From the human T2T-CHM13v2.0 reference genome, Homo sapiens, in NCBI RefSeq assembly GCF_009914755.1, contig NC_060929.1: a stretch of DNA of 64,000 nt. One strand, written 5' to 3'. The notes below the pieces were generated by a model. The model did no database searches. It had not been told where the DNA came from and saw only the letters and a list, made by a program, of their open reading frames with translations. The position numbers were made by a program, and so were the translations under genes. This document shows positions 46,300 through 61,420 of the stretch, piece by piece. Every line of letters starts with the position of its first letter. Positions within the stretch are counted from its first letter, which is position 1.

Positions 46300-46866
46300 C
46301 CAGTAATTCACAAAGGGTGCTCCCCAGACCAGCCATATCAGCATCATCTGGGGACTTGTTAGAAAGGAAAATTCATGAGCCCACCCCAATCCAACTGTAT
46401 AAGTCTGCTAAGGTTGCCATAACAAAATACAACAGACTGGCTGGCTTAAACAATATAAATTTATTGTCTCACAATTATGGAAGCTAAAAGCCCAAGATCA
46501 AGTGTCAGCAAATTCGACTTCTCCTTGGCTTGCAGATGATGAGTCTCTGCCCTGCTGTGTCCTCCCATGGCCTTTGCCCTGTGTGCATGTATCTAGTGGT
46601 GTCTCTTCCTCTTCTTATAAGGACATCAGTTATGTAGGATTAGGGCACCACCCTTGTAACCTCATTTAACCTTACTCTTTAAAGGCCCTATCTCCAAATA
46701 CATTCTAAGGCACCGGGGGTTAGAACTTCAACATATATATGTGGGTGGCACAGTTCAGTTCATAGCAACTATGAGTAAGAAACTCAGAGGTTGGAGCCCA
46801 GCAACCTGTGTTTAATACGTCCTTCAGGTGATTTTAATAGGAAGGTAAAGTTTGAGAATTGTGCTG
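46300..46866. mobile_element. MER5A-like hAT-Charlie element split by an MLT1 LTR
   Basis: cagcatcatctggggacttgttagaa... and ...ggagcccagcaacctgtgtttaa...caggtgatt...aagtttgagaa halves on either side of the LTR. Confidence 0.75.
46396..46767 (-). mobile_element. MLT1A/B/C-type MaLR solo LTR
   Basis: tgtat.agt.tgcta.ggttgccataacaaaatac..cagactgg.tggcttaaacaa; cttataaggaca.cagt; gattagggc.caccct. Confidence 0.85.
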
Positions 46867-47674
46867 GCTAGTGAGGACCTCAACTCACCGCAATGAAAGG
46901 GTAGTCTGAGCTGAAGTGATAGGATTATTGTAAGGATCTATAGACTTTTGAGAAAAAACTGATTATGTCATACACATGCACAAAAAAATTAGTCTAGAAG
47001 CCCTCAGGACCATCATTGTTTTGGCAAACTTGTGAAATAAAGGGAGTTCTAACCAGAAAGTCTAAGTGTGAAGCTTGGCCCCTAGGCAAGGATCTGGCCA
47101 CTAAGAGCACAACTGCAAGCATCCATCAACTACTAGTGTCTGCCAGAAGCAAATGGATTAAATTCTCCACTATTCTCCCCAGCTGGCCTTGGGAAGTGGA
47201 CTGAACCTTTTGGACTGAGTGAATTACTCCACATGGATTCTTAGATAATTCTGGAAATGGTGGGATCTCAAAAGAGAACTGATGCTATATTTTAACACCT
47301 TGGAGTCTATCTTAAAATTCAAATATAAAATGAAAGAGGTAATACATTGATTAGGTCATTGTTGAGATGATAAATTAATCTCAGGGGAAGGATTACTGTG
47401 CCTCCTGTATGAGTTGCAGAGAAAGGGTGATGGAGATATTAAAAAGAAAGAACTTTAGGACTCAAAATGCTGGCTGGCTGTCACGCCCATCTGAGGAGCT
47501 TATCAAATAATGGATTCCATAGGCATACTCATACCTGATTGAATCAGACTCTCCAATGACAGGGCTCCAGCCTCCTGATCTTCTGAGTAAGTGGACAGTT
47601 GGCATGAGATATAGAATTAACCGGATTAGTAGTTCATCATTATTAAGCAATAGAGGCACAAAAATATTACTCAC

Positions 47675-47699
47675 ATTTTTGTCATATATTTTATCAGAA
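47675..47699 (-). other. Candidate 25-nt microexon
   Basis: Very strong acceptor ccttattctctttttatcttttttcag|; donor AAT|gtgagt. Confidence 0.4.
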
Positions 47700-48070
47700 C
47701 TGAAAAAAGATAAAAAGAGAATAAGGGGAGTGAAGCTTATCACAAAATAGTTACACATTATATAGATACTAAGAAATTATAACATTGATATGAGGAACAG
47801 AAGCAAAATTACTTCTCCTCTCTCTTTTCCCTCACCCTACTGCAGTTCTCTACATGAAGCTGTTCAGGTACCCTTACCTGTTCACTACACACAGGTATGC
47901 CACTCACTGATAATACATTAGGGTGCCATCACTTACACACCTATAGAATCATACCACACTCATTTTATATATACTACTGACTCTCTTTTGCCATGTAATG
48001 TTGATATTTTCTCAAGAATATAGATATTACTTCTATCAAAATTCAGATGGAACTTTAAAACTGTTTCTTC

Positions 48071-48429
<359 letters not shown>

Positions 48430-50569
48430 TTAAAAAGATATCCTGAAAATTAACCTCCCACTCCCCCAAAATCTGAAACAAATTTAAGCTAATTTTAAAA
48501 CAAATTAAGTAAAATAATTTCCTTTTGAAATCTTGGGATGCCTTATTATGCTCTCTTCTTATCATGCATCTGTTTCTACAAGTTATTTTCTTTTTATACC
48601 AAATTTAGTTTACTTTTATATAAAGATCTCACTTCTCTGATTCATTTTCGAGAAGCCACCTCCTTCTTTCTTAAAAATCAGCCACTGGTTTTACGCAAAA
48701 TAGAATCATGTGCTTTTTTCTCTTAGCATTAACAAAGATGTTTAGAAGTTCTGTTACATGGCTATTAATTCTACCTCTAACTAGGACCCAAACAATCAAT
48801 TGCCCACAAATCAGGACACGTTTAGTTGATATATGTAGTAAGTCAACAAGATCCTTGCAGGAGTTTTGATTAAACACAAAACTAAGAATTACATTGCTTT
48901 ATTTATTTCAAACAGCTTCTTCTATATTATCAAAGTTTTTTAGTTTGTTTTTACTTTTTTTTTTTTTTTTGCAATCTTTTCTGCAATTTTCCACCATATT
49001 AGGCTATTTGACCTATCGGTAACAACTCATTGGCGTAGTTTTCTCACTCATCTGTGGATTCAACTATGTGGCAGTTGGCACCCTCAACCCACTGCATACA
49101 GTTTCCAAAATATCACAAAAATAATTACCTTTAACTCTCTTCCTTCTGCCCTACCTAACAATGATGAAGGGGCTTAAAATTAATTGCGGTAGTTGCAGTT
49201 AAAAATTGTTAACAAAATTGTTTTTATCACACTTTTCTCCAAAACATGAATGTGGAAACAGTATAATGTATAGTTACTCTTTGGCATCTACCTCTGTGCC
49301 TCCATTTAAATTGTGTACCTGTCCCAGATCTGTCTCTGGATCTTTATGATCCCTTAGCAACATCATACAGCTGCCTCTGTTGGGATTAGAGAACCAATGG
49401 GACCATTCCATGTGGTTCCTGTGATTTGTCTGAACACAATTCCTTGCACTAAAACAAATAGGCTTGTAAGACAAAATGTAGCATTTGGATGCAATTCCTA
49501 TTGTTTTATAGGAAAATCATTTATTGAGTTACTCTGCAGACTCAGGAGTGTAATAGGTGCTGGGGGTTATGAATGAGATATTCCCTTCTGACCTCTAGGA
49601 GCTCACAGTACAAAATAAAAATATATTGTGTCACAAAACAATTTGGTCCTTTGAGCACCAATGTTAAGTAAGACCTTATACAGGAAATTAGTGAAATGAA
49701 CATGAAACTTGTCTTTTAGGAGTACATAATCAAATAGGAGAGAGTAAGCAAAAAGGTAAATAAAGCTGAAAATGACAAGTAACACCAGTGAGGCATAAAG
49801 TGCACTAACGTTGAGAGCAGGAAATCTCGGAGCTAAACTGCTATTTTAATAAATAATAATTGTAAAAGGTTATCAGAAAAATTTTAATGAGAAGATTCAT
49901 GTAGAAAGAAATATTCTAAGATAAGTAATCAAATGATTTTCCAATGTGTGTCAAAATAACAGGATACGATGTACTTGGTGTACATGAAATTGAAACACAT
50001 TTGCATATCATCTGATCTGCAGTTTTTTGCAGGCTTTTGTTGAAAGTTGACAGAAGCCTTCCAGGTGTCAGTGTTTTCCCCAGATATATTTTCCATTCCC
50101 ACATCTCCACACAGTGAGAATGACATTATATGCTAAAATGACATTGTCAAATTTTAGTTTAAAAAGGATCCTTATGAATCTGCCAAATACTTTTAACTCC
50201 AGATATAACTTCCATCAGCAAATGTAACATGAAAAATAAATATGGGACTGGGTTTCACAGGCCATGTGTTGAACGTTTGGGAATATTCATCTTCCAGAGA
50301 GTTCCATGTTAGTGCTCTTCTGTGGTTAAAACGTGGATGTTGTGCTCTAAAATAATGTGTGGTACCTTTCTAAAGAACAGGATTTAGTTAATAACTAAAT
50401 CACAATGTGAAAAGGAGGGTTGGTATTACATGGTAAAGCTGTTTGTGTTTTAAAGCAATTCATGGTTCATACTTTGCTTTTCTTTTGCTGTCTTATACAG
50501 TTAAAGTTTATTTTCTCAGTGTTTGTTTTACTTTATCCAACAAGAATTCAGACCCCTTCAAGTTTAGTA

Positions 50570-51118
50570 CAGTAGTCCCCCCTTATCTGTGGTTTCAGTT
50601 TCCATGGTTTCAGTTACCTGTGGTCAACCACAGTCCGAAAATATTAAACGGAAAATTCCAGAAATAAATGATTCCCAAGTTTTAAATTGTGTGCCATTCT
50701 GAGTAGCATGATTAAATCCTGTGCCATCCCACTCTGTCTCACCCGGGATGTGAATCATCCTTTCTCCAGTGTATCCATGCTGTATATACTACTTGCCCCT
50801 TAGTCACTTAGTAGCCATCTTTGTTATCAAATCAACTATCACACTATTGCAGTGCCTGTGTTCAAGTAACCCTTATTTTACTTAATAGTGGCCCCAACCC
50901 ACAAGAGTAGTGATGCTGGCATATTGTTATAATTGTTCTATTATATTACTAGTTATTGTTAATCTCTTACTCTGACTAATTATAAATTAAACTTTATCAT
51001 GGGGTATGTGTGTATAGGAAAAAATCATAGTATATAGAGGGTTTGATACTATCCTCAGTTTTAGACATTTACTGGGGGTCTTGGAACATATCCCTTCTTG
51101 GATAAGGAGGGAATACTG
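50570..51118 (+). mobile_element. MER44B-like Tigger-family MITE, complete
   Basis: TA-CAGTAGTCCCCCCTTATC ... GATAAGGAGGGAATACTG-TA terminal inverted repeats; 549 bp. Confidence 0.88.
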
Positions 51119-52371
51119 TATTGGATTGTCTTTGACTTCTCTACTGAAAGAAGGTCTTCTTCCCCACCCTTTGAACCCAAGTAATTCCTACTTAAGACTG
51201 AACAAAAATGAAACTCAAAGGAATACAGAGTCAATACCAAATATTTTATGAGCAAAAGATGGGTGCAGGCTATGGAAGAATAGACTTGGGGCTACATATT
51301 AAAAGCTGCTAATCATTCTAAAGACAGACCCTGAAAATCTGTCAACAAGGAAGCTGAAAAGCTGTCATCCTGGGAGGTATCCAAAATTGGAATGAGGAAA
51401 TTCACACAGGTATCCGGAGACAAGAACCAGGGTTCAGACCTAGGGCAACTCGGCACATTCTGCCAAACCCTTCCTCCTCACCCAGCACTGTTTCCGTCGG
51501 TCACCAGCATGTTCCACTGCTTTCACTCCATAGCATCACAAAGGTGTCATTCAGTCTTGAACATACCTCATCCTTTAAGGCTCTGCTCAGAACTACACTC
51601 CACCCTGATTCCTTACCTTAAGTTCCTAATGATCTTTCTATTTTGACTTCCTGTGTCATTTTCAGGTCTGTTCTGCACAATGGAAATGAGTGTATAACCA
51701 TTTGTGCTGCTAAATAAACGTGGAACACAACAGTTAATAAAAAGAGATTGAAAGACAGCCTTAGAAAATCTAAGGTGAAGCTGGGCAGAAAATAAAGGTC
51801 AGGCGTGTGAGTGGGCCAGGCCCAGTGATAGCTCAGGTGCAGGTAATGCCAAAGTTAAGCCTGGAACTAATGAAGCCTTCTACAAAAGAAATACTTTTAA
51901 AATACTGATGCTAAATGCTAAGGTCAAAGCAACAGTTCAGAACCAACAACTTAGACAAGGCCAAGAAGGCAGGAAAGTACTGAATATTTGAGCAGCAACA
52001 GAATGGGGATCCAGAGAAATTCCAAGAAGTCAACTTTCAGATTTGTGTAAAGGATAAATGACACTGTGTATCTAAAGTAATTCTCCCATTCCTTTACTTC
52101 GGCAGCCTCACTCTTTCCCATCTCCCCCCAGAATCTTCGCTTTTGACCTCTCCCAAGGAACCTTTCTTATCTGAGTCCTATTTAATGTAAGCCATATCCT
52201 AGTAGAGGCCACTGAACATCCCATGGCCTTCTTATATCCACAATGGGGCAGTAACCCCCTGGAGGCAGAGATATTTTTATTCTTCTGCTCCTTATTCACA
52301 AACCTAATCTAGAAAAAACGAATGTAGAAAAGCAAGGGATTTTTGCTGTTTTAAAGTCAGGTTATTTTTTA

Positions 52372-52548
52372 AGTAGTTAGTTAGTTGGTTTGTTTGTTTT
52401 TTGAGACAGGGTCTCACTCTGTCCTCCAGGCTGCAGTGCAGTGGTGTGATCATGGCTCACTGCAGCCTTGACTTCCTGGCTCAGGTGATCCTCCTACCTC
52501 AGCCTCCACAGTAGCTGGGACTACAGGCACACGCCACCATGCCTAGCT
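52372..52548 (-). mobile_element. AluJ right arm / FRAM
   Basis: Antisense single arm with a (tagt)/(gttt) patterned tail. Confidence 0.85.
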
Positions 52549-54783
52549 TTTATGCAGTATTAAGGTATTATTGGACACATTATTTATAAAGGAATGAATA
52601 TCTCCATTATTTTCAGCTCAGTCCTTCCTATGCTTTGATTTGTCTAGTTGCCTTTATTGTGCTTCATAGATGCCTGTCCTAGCATGACCCCCTGCAGAGT
52701 TATCACACAACTGTTTTTGAATAATTAAAAAAACCGTAAACATTTGTTTCACATATTCCACACTTATCCCCCACCTGCAGCCACTAGTTGGCATTTCGTT
52801 CTCCTTTGAAATAGAAATTTTTGGTCCACAGAGGCTTATCAGAGTGAAACACACTTTCTTTGCTAGTGCATTCAGAGAGCGAGATCAGCAGTAACTGGCC
52901 TGTTATTTTTTTTTTTTTTAGAAATTTTATGGCACTGCTCTAAAACCCAATAAAACTATTAATGGTCATACAAAAGTAAAACATTTAATTTTAAATTTTG
53001 ATTACCTTTTAGTGAATTATAAATACAAAGTGTTCAACCACAAATAACACACATTACAAATAAAACAAGTAAGTAAATTAAAATTGTAAACAAATAAATG
53101 GATAAAACCCAAAAGTCAGTCAATGCTAGAGGAATAGGAGAAAACAAACTGTGTTAAGCTTTGTGGAGCTCTGCTCTAGTTCTGCTCCTGCTTGCTACAG
53201 ATATTCTCTTAATGGTCCCCTGAAACTCTTTATTTTAATAATCGAACACCAAAAGTTGTTTAGCAGCATGTGTGGCCACAAATCTAAGAAAGTACATTCC
53301 ATGCAGCTAGGTATGGCGAGTTTCAGCCCTTGATATATGACTGTAAGTAGTGTGTGACAAATCTTTGGACTTCAATCTTTGGTGACACTCTCTATTCCCC
53401 TTACCCCATTCCTATGGGTTGGAACATGATCATGGTACTAGTGACCATGTAGACAAGGACAACTGATGCAACTGACATTAAGGAGAAGAACTCGTCTATT
53501 ACTGTGTCTGTAGCAAAAGAGATACATAAATATTAATCTTATTTAAGTCATTGTACTAAAAGGTTCCCATTGTTTCAGCAACTTAGCTTTTACCCTAAAC
53601 AAAACATCCACCAATATTTATCCAGGACTCATAAAAAAATTATCTCCTTCTGCCTTATCTTAGCTCCAACCCAACTGTCTGAAAGTATCCAAACACTCCT
53701 CCCTACTGGCGATGGAAAACTAGCTCTGGCTATATTAACTGGGGTGAGAAAACCAATATAGTTCTCCCTGTATCTAAGCTTAAGTTCCCAAGACAACTAG
53801 AGGCCATCAACTTTCAACAACATATCAGTTATTGTCCTAGTCAGGACTCTTTTCAAGACAAAAAAAAAAAAAAAAAACAGTGACCCCACTTATAGGATAT
53901 AAGCTGAGGAAGCTTCATACAATGCTAGAGATCCACAGAAACCATAGCATGGTACCAACATGAGTCATGGGAACTGAAACCATTGAAGAACTGAGACAAC
54001 TCAGTTACCTCTCAAGATTCATGTGCTTTCTAGCTTCTACTTCTCTCTGCACAATTTTTCTTTCCTCTTCCTTCTCTTTGCAGACCAGTTTTCTTGTAAG
54101 GGTGTCACCAGTTACATAGGGCTGCCCATTACCAGTGCTACATAGGGAATAGGATCTCAAAGAAAAGGATTATGGGCAAGGATGGTCCAAAGCACGTCGT
54201 CCAAAGATGTTAAGCTCTTAAATCTCTTTGCTTTGTTCTTAGCAGGACTCTCCTTTGATACTTTTCCTTTGCCACGGTGAAAATTCAATCTTCCTGTGGG
54301 AAGATCTTTCTAGGTCTCTTGGTTCTCTGCCTCCCTGATTCTGTGAAACCCAAAGAAGTCAAGCTCTGTGCCCAGGCCTTGAGCTAACAAGAACACCATC
54401 TCCGAAAACCATCTCAGTCTTTCTCCAGCATTCTACCCTGGTAGCTTCTCATCCTCCTGTGATCACCCTCATTTTTCATCCATCTAATGTTTTGGTTACT
54501 GATTTTTATCTGTACCTGATACTACTGCCCACACAGAATGTATAATGGGGGCCAAAGAACCATTCACCCTGGATCTTACTCAATAGACTGCAAAATAAAC
54601 TTCCAATAATCTCTCCATATTAGTTTATACATGCAGTCTCTGGTATACATTTAAGATCTTATTTATAATCAAACTTTAATAGCTCATTATCAGATACCGT
54701 ATTGCATATCATAAATTACTTTTTAAATATAACCCCATATAATCTTATAAATAACACAATTATATTGCATTGTAATTTATGTA

Positions 54784-55459
<676 letters not shown>

Positions 55460-55465
55460 TATTAA

Positions 55466-55737
<272 letters not shown>

Positions 55738-56579
55738 AAAAGTACTCTTTCTTATGTTATAATATTAACACCTGGTTTGGGCTTAAAAAAAAAAAAAAGT
55801 GTTCCAGAAAAGAAAGGGGAGAAGGGAGAAGAGGAAAGCGGAGGGAGATCCAGGTTTTGCTGGACCTCTGAAAGGCCCTGACCTGGCTTCAGTTCCCAGC
55901 TTCCCACTTGGGTTTTATCTCGAATGAAGTTTGTGAATGCAGAGAAATGAGGGAAAGATAACCAGTAAGTGGACAACACTAGAAAGACTGGCCAGAGAGG
56001 TACAGAGGACGGAGATTTCTTTCAAGTGGAAAGGGAAGGAGTGGTTTCGAGGAGGATGTGGTATTTAAGTTGGCTTCACTATATATTATATTTTATGTAA
56101 TGTGAGTGACACAAGCGTGGGAAAGTGAGAAATAGGAGAGAAAAAAGAGAGAGAGCGAGGAACATGGAAAAGCATGGGGAAGAGAAGAAAGTCGTTTTAC
56201 AGCCTATGTTCAATAAACAAACGACACAGTGATCACAGTCAGACACAGCAGCTTCTCTGAAGCCCTCTCCTCTCTCAAATATTCCACAAATTACAATCTT
56301 CTATTTCTAGAGATTCATTTCTAGGGAACTAAGCAAAGCTCTCAATAGGGGTATATGTTTGGTCTATACTAGTTACTAGAAACTCAGTATCAGTTGACTT
56401 ACATGACTGAGAAGGCAGGGACTAAGATACAAAGTATGCAGGTGAGTGTGGATAGGGCAGGGCACCAAGTTGTGCATAGAAGCCCCACTTGGGAGGCACT
56501 GCTGGGAAAGACATCCTAGGTGGGGAAGTGGAGCATGGGTGGAGCTTGGTGGGCAAGGGTGGGCAACACGGACACTAGC

Positions 56580-56932
56580 TTATATGGTTTGGCTCTACGT
56601 CCCCACCCAAATTTCATCTTGTAGCTCCCATAATTCCCACGTGTTGTGGGAAGGACCCAGTAGGAGATAACTGAATCATGGGGTGGGTCTTCCCTTGCTG
56701 TTCTCGTAAGTCTCACGAGATCTGACAGTTTTAAAAACGGGAGAGAGAGCACAAGTCCTCTCTCTCTTTTCCTGCCGCCATCCACCTAAGATGTGACTTG
56801 CTCCTTGCCTTCCACCATGATTGTGAGGCCTCCCCAGCCATGTGGAAATGTAAGTCCATTAAACCTCTTTCTTTTGTAAATTGCCCAGTATCTGGTATGT
56901 CTTTATCAGCACCATGAAAATGGACTAATACA
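56580..56932 (+). mobile_element. THE1A/B (MaLR) solo LTR
   Basis: T.ATATGGTTTGGCT...GGACTAATACA; 353 bp; perfect 5-bp TSD ctagc at 56575-56579 and 56933-56937. Confidence 0.93.
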
Positions 56933-57159
56933 CTAGCTGTGTCACACACAAGAGTAAGAATATGATAAAGTGCCCATTTTTTGCTACATGACTATTTTGC
57001 TCAGAGCCATCCAGGAAAGAAAGAAAATAAGAAAGGGAATTGAGGTTATGGAATGCCAAAATAAGAAGACCATGAAGGCAGGAAGTTTGTCTAATTTGTG
57101 CTTGCTTTATCCCAGAGCTCAGAACAGTGCCTGACACTCAAATAGGTTTTAAGCATATG

Positions 57160-57360
57160 AACAAATGCCTACCTGGTGATAGGCCTTGTGCTTGGGACTT
57201 TACCTGCATTAGCTCATTTAAGTCTCACACATCAACACAGATGAGGAAATCGAGATACAAAGAGTAAGTGTCTTGCCCTAGGTCATCCAGCCAATGAACA
57301 GCAGTGCCAGAATTCAAATCCTAGCCTAATTGACTAAAGCCAGTGCTATTAACCACCATG
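57160..57360 (-). mobile_element. MIR SINE
   Basis: acagatgaggaaat.gag; cttgccc.aggtca; ccagaattcaaatcc. Confidence 0.72.
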
Positions 57361-58199
57361 AAATGCTTCTTCACTAGACAGGAAACCAGACGATGACTAT
57401 AGCATACAGTAATCTGAGTTTGGCACAACTCACTGTGATGATAGCATCATTCAGATACAAACTGGAGGAACCAGTTTTAAAGAAGGGTGAGGGGATGCAG
57501 AATATTAAGGGAAGCTGAGTGGTCAGGCTGACTCTATGTTATGGTATCAAATTTGGCTTGCCTGAATTTTAATTAGGACAAGAAATATTTCAAAGCACAA
57601 ATGAGAAGTTATTTTCATCTCTGCTTCTCTCTTTAATTCAGAGTTCTCTAGAAGAAAAACAGGAAATGTTCCTATATTAAGCAAGTGGTATCAAAATCTA
57701 TCATATCAGTATTGAAAAGCACCAGGTAATTTCTTAGATTCAGAAACCTCAATTTATCCCTAATGAAATACTAAGAAGGCTGCAATAACCAATTACTCAG
57801 AAACATTTTGGTGTTTCTTTGGCTGACTTAAACTGAATTATTTCTATATCCAACTGTTTCTATTAGTCATCACAAACTCAAAGACATTAGTTTATTCTGG
57901 TACTTTAAAAAATAATACACAATAGAAAAACAAAAACATAGGATGAATAAATGGGAGGAAATATATATCAATTAGTACCATTCATTTTTTATTCATTACT
58001 ATGGTATTGAAGGACTTTGGCAGGTGACATTGTATATCCAGGCTACTAAGTCTATTTCTGAATGTTTCTACTGCATACCAGAGAAGAGTGAGGCAACAGA
58101 GACAAAACTGCCAGCCTTGGACCAGCTAGTAAAGAACGGAAATGAGTCATCCATTTTTCACCCACACTCTTGAAACTAAACCTGAAAGGGAAAAAAAGT

Positions 58200-59352
58200 T
58201 TGATACAAAATAGAACTTGTTTATTCCCCTATCCACATTTGCTAGAACAGTGCCTAGCATAAATGTTTATGGAATAGATGGTTTAATAAATATTTGTTGA
58301 ATGAATAAACAAGTGAATTTTTTTTCTATTTTTCCCTCAAGCTACGAATATGCAGGAAGGCAAGAAAAAGAGAATAATGCTGATTGCCCACAGAACTCGT
58401 TTGCTGAGACTACAGACAGTTTTGTAGTCAAGATCCGCTTAGACAAGTAATAGGCATTTTAAACTTAACATACCTGGAGTAGAACTTCTAATTTCCTCCC
58501 TTATAAATTGTTCTCCCCCAGTCTTCTCTCAGTAAATGCATTTCCACTTCACGAGCAGCTCAAGGCAAAATCCTAGGGGAGATGCTTGATTCCTCTCTTC
58601 CCCTTGTTCTCTATATCCAAACCCTCAATATGTAGACCCTACTCCCAGAGTGTATCCAGAATCTAATTACTATTTCCAGTACTACCATGCTAATCTCACC
58701 ACCATTGTCAAACACCTGCACTACCACAAAAACCTCTAACTTGTCTCTCCTCTTCTAAGTTTGCCCCTCTGCAATTTAATCTTCATCCAGATGAAAATGT
58801 GATCATTTTGAATCATGCATATTCTTTCCTTTCTCTCCTTATAATGCTGAAATCGCTTCCTGTTGTACTTAGAACAAAAGTCCAATCTGTCTCCTCTCTA
58901 TCACTCTGACCTCATCTTCTGCAACACTGTCCCTTCTGTTGTCACCATGCTGGTGCTCTTTTTTCTTTTTGAACATACCATGCTCTTTCCCATCTCAAGG
59001 ACTTTGCACTTGCTGTTTCTCTGTATGGAATGCCTTTTCTCCAAATCTTGACGTGGTGGAGTCCTCATCATTCAGGTTTTAGCACAAATACCTCCTTATC
59101 TAGGATGCCTTCCCTGACTAAAGCTGACCCTCTCTGCAACATCCACACACAAGGTACATTCTATCACATCACCCTGTTTTATTTTCGTCTTAGAACTTAA
59201 CACTATCTGAAATTAGTTGATAAATATGTGTGCTTACTTCATTCATCTGTGTCTCCCAATGAGGATGTAATTTTGAAAAAGTAAGAATCTTATTAGTCTT
59301 GTTCTTCGTTACATCTCTTGGACTACAGTGAATATTTATTGAAAGAATGAAT
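58200..59352 (+). mobile_element. L2 LINE 3' fragments
   Basis: agaacagtgcctagca...aaatatttgttgaatgaat; ggactttgcacttgctgtttc.tctg..tggaatgc; ccttccctgac; 3' tgaatgaatg. Confidence 0.75.
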
Positions 59353-60879
59353 GTTTTCTGAAAGTCCTTGAGCAGTTTTTGTGGTTGGTTTTGATACTTT
59401 GTTGAGTGTTAATTGTTCATTATGTCATTATGTTAAAGGTCTCTGCAATTAGGATACAAAGTATAATTGAGACTGAGTCATTTTCTATTGGTTTTAGAGC
59501 AGAATCTGACAGTCCTCTCTTGGGAAAACACTTTTAAACTGCCACTATATCACAGAACCAATTCTGACATATCTATATCAAAAACTAATTTCCTCAATTC
59601 TGTGTGTATGGCATCCAAATTTTTTTTCTAAATATTACCTACATTTGGCATGGTCATCATAGCTAAATGATTATTTCAACCACACTTTTTCTGCTGCTTC
59701 TCTACCTTCCTTTTCATTTTTACATATATTGGTGATTTCCTAAATGTAAATGGTTGAGTTTAAATGCCAGCAGGGGGAAAAAAAAGAAATTCTTTGCAAA
59801 GGTAGAGAGATTTGTTACTCAGCCAAGTGCTTCTTCAGTAGCTAAGTTCTCATTAGAAAGCTAACTTTTCAGAGTAGCTCAGAGGTGTCATTTAGAATTA
59901 TTTCATTTTACCAAGCTAGCATGAAATCTCATGACACCCTGAGGCTACTTGTCCTGGAGTGTCACAAAATGACACTCTGTCCCAATCACCACTAAATAAT
60001 ATTAACTCCTAAGCCTGATCTTCAAAGTCTAAGAATACAGCCCACATACATCCAAGGAGAGGGTTTTTTTTCCTAAAAATGATTTTAAATGGTTTTTAGC
60101 TTATTGCAATAACCTAGCCTTCATATTTAAATTAGTTGCATTAGAGAGCTATTTGTCATTGCAAACAAAGCTGCATTTGTAGCTTTGGATTCATTTTATA
60201 GTACCCGTCATTTGTCCACCTGGCCTTCTACTTGTACACAAATCACAGCATAACTCTGACAAGATATGGTTGTTTTATTTGATTGTTTTAAGTTTTTAAG
60301 TTGGAGAGAAGGATCATAACATAACCTAAAAAGGAAGTATATAAATCCTAAAGAAGAAAAATTAAAAGATTTAGATATCCAAGAAAAAATAAAAATTAAA
60401 AAGAATCACAGCTATTCAAAAAACAATTCTTCAAAAATAAGAGTTAATAAAATAAGAATTTAAAAGCAATATCATATGTGATACAGAAAACTTGACTATA
60501 TTATTCATTTTCCAATTCTGTTCAAATGCTAAGTTTTGCAATAACTTACTAATATGAGAAACAAGTGGGCACTAAAGCAACACTGAGATTATTCATTTAT
60601 ACTAGATAATGAAGTAGCAATGTCAAAAATTTCAAGTTACCAGTTAGAGGAGTCTTAAATGGCACTTGCTCCAAGACATGTCTTATTACTTAACATGAGA
60701 AATATGAAGACAGAAGACAATAGAGCAGCTTCAAGAACTTTTAAATCTATTTTGAAAAAACACATGTAAAGCCACATAGCCTAAGTGACAAATTAGTGCA
60801 AGAGATACTAAATTTTTGAGAGTGTGAACAAAAACTTTATATTACTTTTCCAACCTAAAATATTATTCAATAAAAACTC

Positions 60880-61420
60880 TATATGAAGTGTACCTTGCTC
60901 AATGTCTATCAATATTAATATTTTTAAAAATTAAAAACAGCAACCTTTATTTAGGAATTTATCCTATAAATATGCATCCACCTGGGTACAAAGATAAATA
61001 GTTTTAAATGCTGACTGCTGAAAATGTTCATCACTGAAAAGCATGGAAACAGCCTAGATTTCTGACAATAACATACTGAATACACTAAATATATTTATCC
61101 AAATAATGTAATACTCTGTAGTAATTTTTAAAGTGAATTAGAATTATAATTTATTGTTATCAAATGTCTAAGAAATACTAAGTTTAAAAGTAAGTTGTCA
61201 AACTAAGTATAATTTATTAATCTAAGGATATGTAAAGGTAAATGGTTTTTTATACATAATGGATCATTAAATTTGGCTTATTTTACTGTGAATGCATAGA
61301 ATGTTTCTGGAAGACACATCTGAAATTAATGTCAGTTATATCCGGGGAGGAACCTATGAGACAAGCAATCAAGGGAGAAAAAAAGTTATTTTCATTATAT
61401 CACTTTTTTTTAATAATTTA
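60880..61420 (+). mobile_element. Ancient L1ME-like 3' fragment
   Basis: Degenerate ttaggaatttatccta, ggaaacagccta, aatactctgtag motifs. Confidence 0.55.

Noticed and set aside
57642-57725. Plus-strand exon-like segment (ttcag|AGTTCTC...CCAG|gtaatt); similar isolated + signals near 11516, 38254 and 45942-45979
   Set aside because: No open frame and no coherent chain. It shows that exon-like signals also arise by chance here, which is why the minus-strand exon confidences are kept moderate.
59764-59780. CTCF-like CCAGCAGGGGGAAA (also CTGCAGGGGGTCA on the minus strand near 52685-52697)
   Set aside because: Both miss the key C after GGGGG; insufficient without ChIP data.
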